Below are positions 8,405 through 16,677 of a stretch of 64,000 bases of DNA, piece by piece. The position numbers and the translations under genes were made by a program. The stretch's first letter is position 1. Each line of letters opens with the position of its first letter. The notes below the pieces were generated by a model. The model saw nothing but the letters and a program-made list of their open reading frames with translations, was not told the DNA's origin and did no database searches. The DNA is taken from sequence record NC_070957.1. One strand, written 5' to 3'.

Positions 8405-8672
8405 ATTGATCCTCGGAATCTTGTTTGTTTACATCACCTCTATGTTTGGTTCCATGTTGATTAAGCCAGGAGCTGACGGTAAAGTGATCCGTAGTACTAT
8501 CACTGTCATCGCCTTCATCATCCTGGGGATCCTAATCTGTTCTGTTAACCATCGGAACAGTTGGCTATATCTTGCGTTTACGAGATCAGTTGGCGGGATA
8601 CTGTTAGCTCTCGCAGCAGCTCACGTTGTAATGATCGTAGATATTCACCGCAAAACCAATCATAAGAAATAA
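8391..8672 (+). CDS. Membrane protein (about 3 TM)
   Basis: Hydrophobic segments; AGGA RBS. Confidence 0.7.
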   Translation: MITAELILGILFVYITSMFGSMLIKPGADGKVIRSTITVIAFIILGILICSVNHRNSWLYLAFTRSVGGILLALAAAHVVMIVDIHRKTNHKK

Positions 8673-8682
8673 GGAGGTCGTC

Positions 8683-9081
8683 ATGACTGTTAAAATTGAC
8701 GCACTGAACATATTCGACACTAACGATATTTTCTCGCTGGTGTTTGAATCGCGTAACCGTGAAATTGAAGACGGAACCATTTTGAAAAGTGATGTTGCTG
8801 GTGTTAAAACCACACTCCATCTGTTTGATCAAAAAGGTTCTCTGATCATTGAAGGTTCAATTGGTCACTCCACTATACTCATTGCCCATGTTAACAACAA
8901 GTGGCTGATGTATATGAACAAGGATACCAATACCTTGCCGGCGGGTGCCTTGCGTAAACAACGCATCCAGTATTTCAACACCGTAATGAAGAACCCAGCG
9001 ACAACTGGTACTTCTTGCGAAACCGACGACTGGGATTCCTTCGCAGGAACCATCTGTCGTTTTATTAAGGACGCGCGATGA
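8683..9081 (+). CDS. Hypothetical protein
   Basis: AGGAGG RBS; 132 aa. Confidence 0.8.
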   Translation: MTVKIDALNIFDTNDIFSLVFESRNREIEDGTILKSDVAGVKTTLHLFDQKGSLIIEGSIGHSTILIAHVNNKWLMYMNKDTNTLPAGALRKQRIQYFNTVMKNPATTGTSCETDDWDSFAGTICRFIKDAR

Positions 9082-9293
9082 CCGGATATGAGGGGATGTT
9101 CTTCGTCCTTCTCATGCTAATCCCTATGACGATCATTTCGATTGGATTGGGGATGCGTGATCAGGACGTGACCAAAACAAGTATGAAGAACTTCAAGATC
9201 AAGCTTAACCACTTCTGTGGGTTCATCACAATAGCTGGTGCGTTGGCTTATGGGTTCTTCCTATTCTTTCTGAAACAAGGTATAGCATGGTAG
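9078..9293 (+). CDS. Small membrane protein (2 TM)
   Basis: ATGA overlap with the upstream gene; hydrophobic. Confidence 0.7.
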   Translation: MTGYEGMFFVLLMLIPMTIISIGLGMRDQDVTKTSMKNFKIKLNHFCGFITIAGALAYGFFLFFLKQGIAW

Positions 9294-9508
9294 ATTTCTT
9301 TAAGCAGTTTTACGGTGAGGTGATCAACACCTGGTACGTCTTTTTGCTGATCCCGTTCGTGAGTGGTCCCGTGATCACTTTCTTGACGTGGTTGAAGACC
9401 CGCAAGGATGTGAACCGTGAAACCTGGATAAGGATCTACATGAACGAGGTGGCGTCAGAGTACGCCATCTACGTTATTATCGTGGGTCTGGTTTTGTATT
9501 TTAAATAA
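9287..9508 (+). CDS. Small membrane protein (2 TM)
   Basis: Overlapping start; hydrophobic. Confidence 0.7.
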   Translation: MVDFFKQFYGEVINTWYVFLLIPFVSGPVITFLTWLKTRKDVNRETWIRIYMNEVASEYAIYVIIVGLVLYFK

Positions 9509-9517
9509 GGAAGGAAC

Positions 9518-10663
9518 ATGCATTTCTCTAAACCTCGTTTGGTAGTTGGTTTCGATATGGATGACACCATGTGTCAAACCGGCGAATACATCAAACAAGC
9601 CATCCGGCATTTCGCCCTCAAAACCAACAACAAAGACTTGTTGGACTACCTGGATCGGACAGTAGAACTTTCCACTATGCACTACGAACCCTGGGTCAAA
9701 GACCTGGTTTGGTCCGAAGTGGTTAGTAATGGTCGCTTCATGCTCGACGCTCTCCCCACTGACATCTGTGAAAATGGTGGGTTGGTAGATCGTGTCTCCC
9801 TTTTCCGTGACGAAGAGTGCAAACACGGTGAAGTCGCACTTGTAATCTGTACTCACCGCGGGTTCCATGAACAAGGTAAACTGTTCACCGAGACCTGGCT
9901 CAAGGATAGGGGACTGGATTGGGTCTTTGATGAGATTCACTGTATCTCCCCCGAGGAACACAAGGATAAGATCAAGTATCTGAAAGAGCAATATCCTGGT
10001 TCCCACATCCTGCTGATCGACGACAACCCGATGGGTGAGTCCGCACCTCACACCCCTGCCATGGACGAACTTATCATCTACGATAAGTACACCAAGTTCC
10101 AGGCGTATAAAGATCAGGTTACCTACCAATCTGATAATCAAGTTATCGAGATCATGCGTGATCGCTTGAAAAAGCAAACCCCGCTGACTATCGAGATGTA
10201 TGACAGTGGCAAAAAGATCGAAGCCAAGCACTACCTGGGTGTTGGTCAAATGGTTCGTCAACTCCTGGTTGTTGAACATCAATACGCCAAGTCTCTTTAT
10301 GAGACGTCCGGTCTGATCGATCCGAGCACTTCAATCAACGAACTCGTTGAGTATATCTCTGGATACGATAGCTCCGCTGTCAAATCGTTTATTCTGTTTG
10401 CTGATGGTGAACCGGTCGGATACACCCGAGCTTTCAATGATGGTGATCCGGCGCACTGGAACCTCTGTGCCTTCGTCATCGACGAAGCCGTTCGGGGGAA
10501 AGGTTTCGGTAAACAGTTCGTTCGTCTGGTAGAAAACAAACTCAAGGCCAATGGTGCCGAAGAGATTGTCCTGGATCACAAATACGATAACAACCAAAGT
10601 GCTGCCTTCTGGCAAAAACTTGGTTATATCCCGCACACTGTTGTTTGCTCGAGGAAACTGTAA
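9518..10663 (+). CDS. HAD-family phosphatase fused to a C-terminal GNAT acetyltransferase
   Basis: HAD motif I FDMDDT and motif IV LIDDNP; GNAT motif A VIDEAVRGKGFGK and N--SAAFWQKLGY. Confidence 0.8.
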   Translation: MHFSKPRLVVGFDMDDTMCQTGEYIKQAIRHFALKTNNKDLLDYLDRTVELSTMHYEPWVKDLVWSEVVSNGRFMLDALPTDICENGGLVDRVSLFRDEECKHGEVALVICTHRGFHEQGKLFTETWLKDRGLDWVFDEIHCISPEEHKDKIKYLKEQYPGSHILLIDDNPMGESAPHTPAMDELIIYDKYTKFQAYKDQVTYQSDNQVIEIMRDRLKKQTPLTIEMYDSGKKIEAKHYLGVGQMVRQLLVVEHQYAKSLYETSGLIDPSTSINELVEYISGYDSSAVKSFILFADGEPVGYTRAFNDGDPAHWNLCAFVIDEAVRGKGFGKQFVRLVENKLKANGAEEIVLDHKYDNNQSAAFWQKLGYIPHTVVCSRKL

Positions 10664-11244
10664 TGACCAAAGCACTCTTTTCCGCAATCTGGGCTCAAAC
10701 CGCTACTGGTGGTATGGGTATCCACAACACCCTCCCTTGGCCGCACTCTCCTGCCGACATGGAATGGTTCCGTAAACACACCATGGGGAAACCCATCGTG
10801 ATGGGTCACAACACCTACAAGTCCTTGGGTATCCATCAACTCAATGGCCGGTTGAACGTTGTGATTTCAAAGACACAACCAGTGGGTGCGGAACACCTCA
10901 ATACCTACAACGGTCATGAGACCAATGAAGGGTTGTACTGGATCGAGTCTGTTGAACGTTTCCTGGAAACCGTTCCCAGTGTTTGGGACACCAAGGAAAT
11001 CATGATCATCGGTGGTCCGAAAACTTACGTTGAGTTTAAGGAAGTCATTGAGCGTGTCTACACCACCACCTTCATGGGTGAGTTCGAAGCCGAGATTGGA
11101 CTCTGTTCACAGACCGATGCCGAGGAAGCGTTCCACACCGTTTACTATGATGAGTTCTCATCTAAAGAAGTAGTGTTCCGGATACTGGAACGTATCGACC
11201 CGTCAGACGAACTCGACATCGAGGTGTGGAAAGTTAATGATTGA
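10663..11244 (+). CDS. folA: Dihydrofolate reductase
   Basis: AIWA...GGMG..NTLPW...DMEWFRKHTMGKPIVMGHNTY..LNGRLNVV..IIGG; TAATG coupling. Confidence 0.92.
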   Translation: MTKALFSAIWAQTATGGMGIHNTLPWPHSPADMEWFRKHTMGKPIVMGHNTYKSLGIHQLNGRLNVVISKTQPVGAEHLNTYNGHETNEGLYWIESVERFLETVPSVWDTKEIMIIGGPKTYVEFKEVIERVYTTTFMGEFEAEIGLCSQTDAEEAFHTVYYDEFSSKEVVFRILERIDPSDELDIEVWKVND

Positions 11245-11473
11245 TCCAAGCATTTACGTTTCCATTCTGGTGATCATCGCTGCTATCGTCTGGCTGGTGA
11301 TCGGTGTGAATATCTCAGCCAGAGTTCATTGGGCTTTTGGGACCTCGCATAACACCATGCGATTTGGTTCGCGTCTGAAGAACAACGCCATTTTCATCGG
11401 CAACGCTGTCTTTTGGCCATGGTTGGGATTGTTCTTTCTCTACGCAATCCTCGAAGCAAATTTCGATCGTTAA
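11237..11473 (+). CDS. Small membrane protein
   Basis: Two hydrophobic segments; followed by a terminator. Confidence 0.7.
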   Translation: MIDPSIYVSILVIIAAIVWLVIGVNISARVHWAFGTSHNTMRFGSRLKNNAIFIGNAVFWPWLGLFFLYAILEANFDR

Positions 11474-11478
11474 TAAAT

Positions 11479-11512
11479 AGCTCTTTGGGGTTTCGACCCC
11501 AAAGAGTTTTTA
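11479..11512 (+). terminator. Rho-independent terminator
   Basis: agctctttggggt-ttcg-accccaaagagtt plus T tract. Confidence 0.85.
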
Positions 11513-11525
11513 TTTGTCTATAGTT

Positions 11526-11549
11526 TTTGAAGCAGATATTATTAGGGTG
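11526..11549 (+). promoter_or_regulatory. Putative early promoter
   Basis: tttgaagcagatattattagggtg motif match. Confidence 0.6.
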
Positions 11550-11569
11550 TAAACAACAGGAGAACTCTC

Positions 11570-11662
11570 ATGGGATACTTTATATTGCTTTTGCTTTTGA
11601 TCGCTGTTCTGGTTAAACTGAGCCGGATAGAAAAGAAGTTGGGGAGAAAGAAAGATGTCTGA
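11570..11662 (+). CDS. 30-aa single-TM peptide (not in the ORF track)
   Basis: CAGGAG RBS; MGYFILLLLLIAVLVKLSRIEKKLGRKKDV; stop overlaps the clpP start. Confidence 0.6.
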   Translation: MGYFILLLLLIAVLVKLSRIEKKLGRKKDV

Positions 11663-12377
11663 TCAAGAAAAACCTGTTATCAAGATTAACACATTCAGCT
11701 TCTTGTGTGACATCGATGATCAGGCGTTGCACAAGTTCTTCGAGTTCTACGACTCGATGTCTGTCAAAGACGGATTGATAATCAATGTCTCGAGTGATGG
11801 CGGGAACCCGGAAGTAACACTGAAGATCCAAGACTTCGTGACATCCAGGAACCGTCCCACTCTGGTTGTTGCAATCGGTGATTGCTCCAGCGCTGCGGTG
11901 GGATTCTTCGGAATACGAGGGACTACCAGACTCGCGTACAGCAGTTGCCGGTTCATGGAACATCAACTCTTACTGAACACCCCCAAGATGAGTATTGAAT
12001 CCATCTGCTCGTCCATTGATGAAGTTCAGTCCAGATCCCATCTCTTTGAGCAACGTCTCACCAACTGGTGTGGGTTGAGGGAAGAGGAGTGTAAAGAACT
12101 CTTCAGTCCAAACGACCTTTACTTTGATGCAATCGATGCATTGATGTTTGGGACTCGTGGTATTATTGACGGGATCATCATCCGTCAACTGGACGACTTC
12201 GAGTGGATCGTTCTCACCAGGGATGGGTTCAAACGTTTCATGTTCCCCAGGGATATCATCGATGAGAACCCGGTATTAACAGATGAGGAGTTAAAAGAAT
12301 ATGGGTTGAAACCCTATAAACCCGATAACGTTATCAAAGCGATAGAGCGACGTAAACATCGTCAAAGTCTCGCTTAA
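11655..12377 (+). CDS. clpP: ClpP-like serine protease (peptidase S14)
   Basis: VSSDGG (INSPGG equivalent), GDCSSAA (Ser), FMEHQ (His), NDLYFDA (Asp), GIIDGII. Confidence 0.82.
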   Translation: MSDQEKPVIKINTFSFLCDIDDQALHKFFEFYDSMSVKDGLIINVSSDGGNPEVTLKIQDFVTSRNRPTLVVAIGDCSSAAVGFFGIRGTTRLAYSSCRFMEHQLLLNTPKMSIESICSSIDEVQSRSHLFEQRLTNWCGLREEECKELFSPNDLYFDAIDALMFGTRGIIDGIIIRQLDDFEWIVLTRDGFKRFMFPRDIIDENPVLTDEELKEYGLKPYKPDNVIKAIERRKHRQSLA

Positions 12378-12406
12378 TCACAACACACTTAATAAAGGAA
12401 CCAGAC

Positions 12407-14035
12407 ATGTCCATTCTGAATGATGTAACTTATACCAACCGTGCCGGCACTCGTGAGATCATCGACGAGGTTGTCCAGGAGGCATTCGATAGCGTTTGTT
12501 CCACCATGGGTCCGGATGGTAACTACGTCGTGATCAACCAATCCAACGTTCCGGTTACCACCAAAGACGGTGCTTCCGTAGCCAAGGCATTGGACTTCGG
12601 TGAAACCCGTCGGAACATGATCGCGCAACTGGTTCGCGAACCGAGTCTCCGAGTAGAGCGTGAAGTCGGTGATGGTACTACCACCACTGTCTTCATGACC
12701 ACCAAGCTCTATCAGGCGTTCTGTGACAACATGACTTTCCGTGAAATCCGTTTCATCGATTCCATGGTTGGTAAAGCGCTCGAGGCGCTCCGGAAACTGA
12801 TCATCCCGGTCAAAGCGAGCTCCCCCGAGTTTAAGCTCATGTTGACTACCACTGCGAACTATGAGACCGAGATCGTTGAACGCATCCTGGAGCTCTATCA
12901 GGGCGATGCTCTCCCGAACATCACGCTTCGGAAGAATCCGAGTATCCCCGAGGACCGTGTTGAGCGTGTCACTGACCTCCGTTACAACGGCGCGTATCCA
13001 TCACCTGAAATTCAGGCTATGAGTAAAGCTCCTCGTAGCCGGATTACTTTTGGTGCTGGTACAACCGTGGTCGTGGTCGACAGTAACATCGAGACCATCC
13101 AGATGGGTGATCTGGCACGTTTGGCACAACCTGGTGGGGATCCGGTAGTTATCATCGCTACCAGCTTCTCTATGGCTGCTATCCAGGCCATCAAGGGTTA
13201 TTACCAGATGGCTAACGAAGAAGCACTGAAAGCACTCCAGGCTGATAAGAGTGCCAATGTCGCATTGACTGCACCTATTGTTCCGTTCACTGTTCAAGCA
13301 GGCGGGACTCTGGGGAAAGCAATGTTGCTGGAAATGGCACAACTGCTGGGTCTGACAACTGCGGTCGATCTGTCCAATGGTATCACCCTCGCCAAAGAGT
13401 GTGATGCTCCTTTCGTTCTGAGTCAAGACGGTGTGACCATTCCTCGGGAATGCGAGCATGTGGAAACTCGCCGGAAAGAGATGTTGGAAATCAACACCGC
13501 TCAGTACGAAGAGCTCGATCAAGCTACTCGTCAAAAGGCACCCGGCCTGATGCTGTTCGAACGCATCGGGATTCTTTCTGGTACCAACATCACTGTCAGT
13601 GTGACCGGCCAAACAGAAAGTGACTGTTCTGAACGTTACTATCGTTACGAGGACGTCATCACCGCTGCCCGTAGTTCACTCGGGTTCGGTGTACTTCCTG
13701 GTATCGGTTGGGGGTATCTGCAAGCAGCTAAAGAAGTCGAGGACCACTTTTACGAAGTGGGGATCACCCAGAACCAACGTATCCTGATGGATAAGTTCCT
13801 GGATGTTCTTCGTGCCCAGTACACCTACCTCACCGGTAATGTTTACCGTGACATGGATCGTGTCTCCTTCCTGGATCTCACCACTGGTGAAGAATCCAAG
13901 GATCCTGGCAAGGTCTATGATAACGCCGCTGCAACCTGTCTCGCTCTTGAGAGTGGTTGGGGTGCTGCCAAGACCCTGGGTAAACTGAGTACCATCACTG
14001 GTCGTGGTGATACCAACTATCTCCACAAGCGTTAA
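12407..14035 (+). CDS. groEL: Phage chaperonin (GroEL-like; EL gp146/OBP gp246 type)
   Basis: STMGPDG, TTKDGASVA, GDGTTT, RYEDVITA, GVLPGIG; 542 aa; no GGM tail. Confidence 0.92.
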   Translation: MSILNDVTYTNRAGTREIIDEVVQEAFDSVCSTMGPDGNYVVINQSNVPVTTKDGASVAKALDFGETRRNMIAQLVREPSLRVEREVGDGTTTTVFMTTKLYQAFCDNMTFREIRFIDSMVGKALEALRKLIIPVKASSPEFKLMLTTTANYETEIVERILELYQGDALPNITLRKNPSIPEDRVERVTDLRYNGAYPSPEIQAMSKAPRSRITFGAGTTVVVVDSNIETIQMGDLARLAQPGGDPVVIIATSFSMAAIQAIKGYYQMANEEALKALQADKSANVALTAPIVPFTVQAGGTLGKAMLLEMAQLLGLTTAVDLSNGITLAKECDAPFVLSQDGVTIPRECEHVETRRKEMLEINTAQYEELDQATRQKAPGLMLFERIGILSGTNITVSVTGQTESDCSERYYRYEDVITAARSSLGFGVLPGIGWGYLQAAKEVEDHFYEVGITQNQRILMDKFLDVLRAQYTYLTGNVYRDMDRVSFLDLTTGEESKDPGKVYDNAAATCLALESGWGAAKTLGKLSTITGRGDTNYLHKR

Positions 14036-14040
14036 TTGAA

Positions 14041-14070
14041 AGGGAACCCCGAAGGGTTCCCTCTCTTCTT
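14041..14070 (+). terminator. Rho-independent terminator
   Basis: agggaaccc-cgaa-gggttccct followed by a pyrimidine/T-rich tail. Confidence 0.8.
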
Positions 14071-14137
14071 TACACATTTTATTTTTGTCTCCAACCAGTA
14101 TCTGTTGTAACTCAATTACCAACTAAAGGAATGAGCG

Positions 14138-14980
14138 ATGTCTAAAGTGCATTTTATCTATGGTCCCATGAACAGTTCTAAGACCACCACTTTGATCACC
14201 ACTGCATACAACTATCGTGAAGAAGCACAGAACCCGGTCATCATGAAACCTTCCCTGGATACTCGGGATGGCGTTGAACCGATGATAAAGTCTCGTCCTG
14301 GTCTGACCGCTGCCTGCCAACTTTTCGACAAGAGTGAGAATCTCTTCGTCAAGGTCGCTGCACTCTCTGGAGCTACCCAGGAAGAACTGAACTGGCTGGA
14401 AGAAAACCTCCCTCCTCGACCCGCACCGGATGTAGCCGAAATGGTCTCTGGTATCAGAACCGCCTGGATCAACAAGGGGGTGATGCTCAAGGACATCCTC
14501 CCTGGCTATGACCAAAGTCGTCTTGACGAACTCAGCGAGATGCTGAAGACCCAGAAAGTCAGGGTGAAAGAATACCAGTACACCCGCCACCAAACTCTGG
14601 AACTCTTCGGGACCCGCATCAATAAAACCATCGACTGTGTTCTGGTTGATGAAGTTCAGTTCCTGACCGAGGAACAGGCCCTCGATCTCCTGGACATCGC
14701 CGATTATCTCCGTATCCCTGTAATGGCCTTTGGTCTCCGGAACGACTTCAAGGGGGAGATCTTCCCTGCCTCCAAGATCCTGATGGCTCAGGCAGAAGTC
14801 TGTAAAGAGAACAAGGGTGTGTGCTGGTGTGGTCGTAAGGCTACCCACGTGCTCCGCATAGCCGAAGATGGTACTGTGGATACTGATGGTCCTCAGGTTA
14901 AGGTTGGTGGTAATGACACCTACAAATCCGTCTGTCGCTATCACCACCGTGCAGGTATGTATCGTAAGCCAGGGATTTAA
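14138..14980 (+). CDS. tdk: Thymidine kinase with an about 85-aa insertion
   Basis: GPMNSSKT P-loop, VLVDEVQF, AFGLRNDF, CWCG, VGGNDTYKSVCRYH. Confidence 0.92.
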   Translation: MSKVHFIYGPMNSSKTTTLITTAYNYREEAQNPVIMKPSLDTRDGVEPMIKSRPGLTAACQLFDKSENLFVKVAALSGATQEELNWLEENLPPRPAPDVAEMVSGIRTAWINKGVMLKDILPGYDQSRLDELSEMLKTQKVRVKEYQYTRHQTLELFGTRINKTIDCVLVDEVQFLTEEQALDLLDIADYLRIPVMAFGLRNDFKGEIFPASKILMAQAEVCKENKGVCWCGRKATHVLRIAEDGTVDTDGPQVKVGGNDTYKSVCRYHHRAGMYRKPGI

Positions 14981-15006
14981 TAGCTGAAGATTTAACATGG
15001 AGGATA

Positions 15007-15030
15007 TTTCAGACCGATATTACTATAGTG
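15007..15030 (+). promoter_or_regulatory. Putative early promoter
   Basis: tttcagaccgatattactatagtg (contains TATTAC). Confidence 0.65.
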
Positions 15031-15079
15031 AAGATACATAGGGTATCTCATTAATGTAACTACATCGGAGAAATATAAC

Positions 15080-15769
15080 ATGGCTATCATCACTATCAAA
15101 TCTGTATCCCTGGTTGGCGTTTCCAAGTTCGTTCGTGCCTTCGCCTTTGACGAAGATAAGATGGGTGTTCACCAGGCCATCATGGAAACTCCTGAGTATA
15201 AGGAGCTTTCCAAACTGACCGATATGAGTCAGTATGACAAAGACGTTTGTGCAATGGACTACGAAATCAAATTCGAATCCATCCGTCACAAACATCATCC
15301 GCTGAACAATCAAACTCTGCGTCAGCAAGTCTGGTACACCACCCTGGAAATCGTTAAAGAGGAGAAGATCAAATTGGAACCCATCGAAATCAAAGTACCG
15401 CGTATCAAGGTTGAAAGCTACACCCGTGAACTGGACTTCGGTCGTCAGTACCGCAGCCTGCACGCCAACAAGATCACCAAGTCCAAGAACTACACCGGTA
15501 TGGCTGTAGGTGCCCTGGCTGCCGTTGGTCTGGAAGTGCTGGCTGAAGACAGCAATGCCGCCTCCATCGTAGCTGCTGCTGCCGGTGCTGGACTGGGTGC
15601 CCTGGCTGTATCCAACGCCGCCGACATGATGGACGACAACCTGGCCAACTCTGCACTGCTGGGTCTGTACACCATGTCCGCCGGGATCATGTTCGGTCGC
15701 ATCACCGCCGTACTGACTGCCGATAAAGAAGTCGAGCAGGTTTCAGCAGAATACGCCGACGAGCTGTAA
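15080..15769 (+). CDS. Hypothetical protein with C-terminal Gly/Ala-rich TM helices
   Basis: GGAG RBS; strong codon bias; three hydrophobic G/A-rich segments. Confidence 0.8.
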   Translation: MAIITIKSVSLVGVSKFVRAFAFDEDKMGVHQAIMETPEYKELSKLTDMSQYDKDVCAMDYEIKFESIRHKHHPLNNQTLRQQVWYTTLEIVKEEKIKLEPIEIKVPRIKVESYTRELDFGRQYRSLHANKITKSKNYTGMAVGALAAVGLEVLAEDSNAASIVAAAAGAGLGALAVSNAADMMDDNLANSALLGLYTMSAGIMFGRITAVLTADKEVEQVSAEYADEL

Positions 15770-15776
15770 GAGATAT

Positions 15777-15808
15777 CCCTCCTGCCATTGGCAGGAGGGT
15801 TTCTTATT
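15777..15808 (+). terminator. Rho-independent terminator
   Basis: ccctcctgcc-att-ggcaggaggg plus T-rich tail. Confidence 0.8.
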
Positions 15809-15892
15809 TCACATTTAATTTTTCATTATATGAACTCCGCATCCTTTCTATTGGGAGAGTGCGACTCATAACTTTTGCACAAGGATATACGA

Positions 15893-16501
15893 ATGCAATC
15901 AGTTAACCTGAAGAAACCCGTGGACTACTTCATCAATATTCTTCGTGAATATCGTCCGATGTCTCTGTTCGAGGACACTCCCGACAACAAGGATATCATC
16001 CTGTCCAACTGGACTACTGACGCCGATGGCGTTAGCGATGTTGTGGTTCGTTCCGAAGTAACCGCCAACCAAAAGACCGAACAAGTCAAGTTCCAAGCAG
16101 GCACCCTGCTGGGAATGTTGCGTGGTGTTGCCAAGGAATACACCGAGGAAGGTGTTGATGTCGGCCTGTACCTCATCGAGAACGAGCTCGCGCTCTTTAT
16201 CGAAGAAGGTAACCAGGATTTCGTAGCCGCACTGGAATGCACTGGCTATCAGTTCGATGAAGGCAACCTCAGCTTTGGTAACTCCCCCGAGGGTGACGAA
16301 GATGTGGCCGTCGCTGGTATTCTCCACATCGAGTATCCCTTTGTGGTCGGTAAGATCCCCGTCTATGTGATCGCCGATGCCCCGGTAGAAGAGGAATCCG
16401 AAGAACCCTCCCAGGAGGAAGAGAAGGAAGTCACTCAACAACCGGTACAGAAACAACATTACGGTCATCAAGGCCGTAAGAACAAACAAAAGCACAACTG
16501 A
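15893..16501 (+). CDS. Acidic hypothetical protein
   Basis: AAGGA RBS before ATG 15893; D/E-rich body with a basic C-terminal tail. Confidence 0.8.
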   Translation: MQSVNLKKPVDYFINILREYRPMSLFEDTPDNKDIILSNWTTDADGVSDVVVRSEVTANQKTEQVKFQAGTLLGMLRGVAKEYTEEGVDVGLYLIENELALFIEEGNQDFVAALECTGYQFDEGNLSFGNSPEGDEDVAVAGILHIEYPFVVGKIPVYVIADAPVEEESEEPSQEEEKEVTQQPVQKQHYGHQGRKNKQKHN

Positions 16502-16530
16502 TCATTGATGCTTATTAGTTAACACGCACA

Positions 16531-16564
16531 AATACCAAGGCTGGGGAAACCCGGTCTTGGTATT
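16531..16564 (+). terminator. Rho-independent terminator
   Basis: aataccaaggctggg-gaaa-cccggtcttggtatt. Confidence 0.8.
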
Positions 16565-16585
16565 AACTTTCTATGTCCTATTTAT

Positions 16586-16609
16586 TTATAGATCGATATT
16601 ATTACAGTG
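16586..16609 (+). promoter_or_regulatory. Putative early promoter
   Basis: ttatagatcgatattattacagtg motif match. Confidence 0.6.
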
Positions 16610-16677
16610 ACGAACAACTCCATGTTCATTCAATGCAGTCATACGTACTGTCAACCATAACGTATTAGAGGTCTATT

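Noticed and set aside
11655-12377. ClpP as the capsid maturation protease
   Set aside because: It is not in a head module, and a gp175-like prohead protease is present at 52823-53668
14354-14629. Mini-intein in thymidine kinase
   Set aside because: Lacks the N-terminal Cys/Ser block and the C-terminal His-Asn; treated as an ordinary insertion
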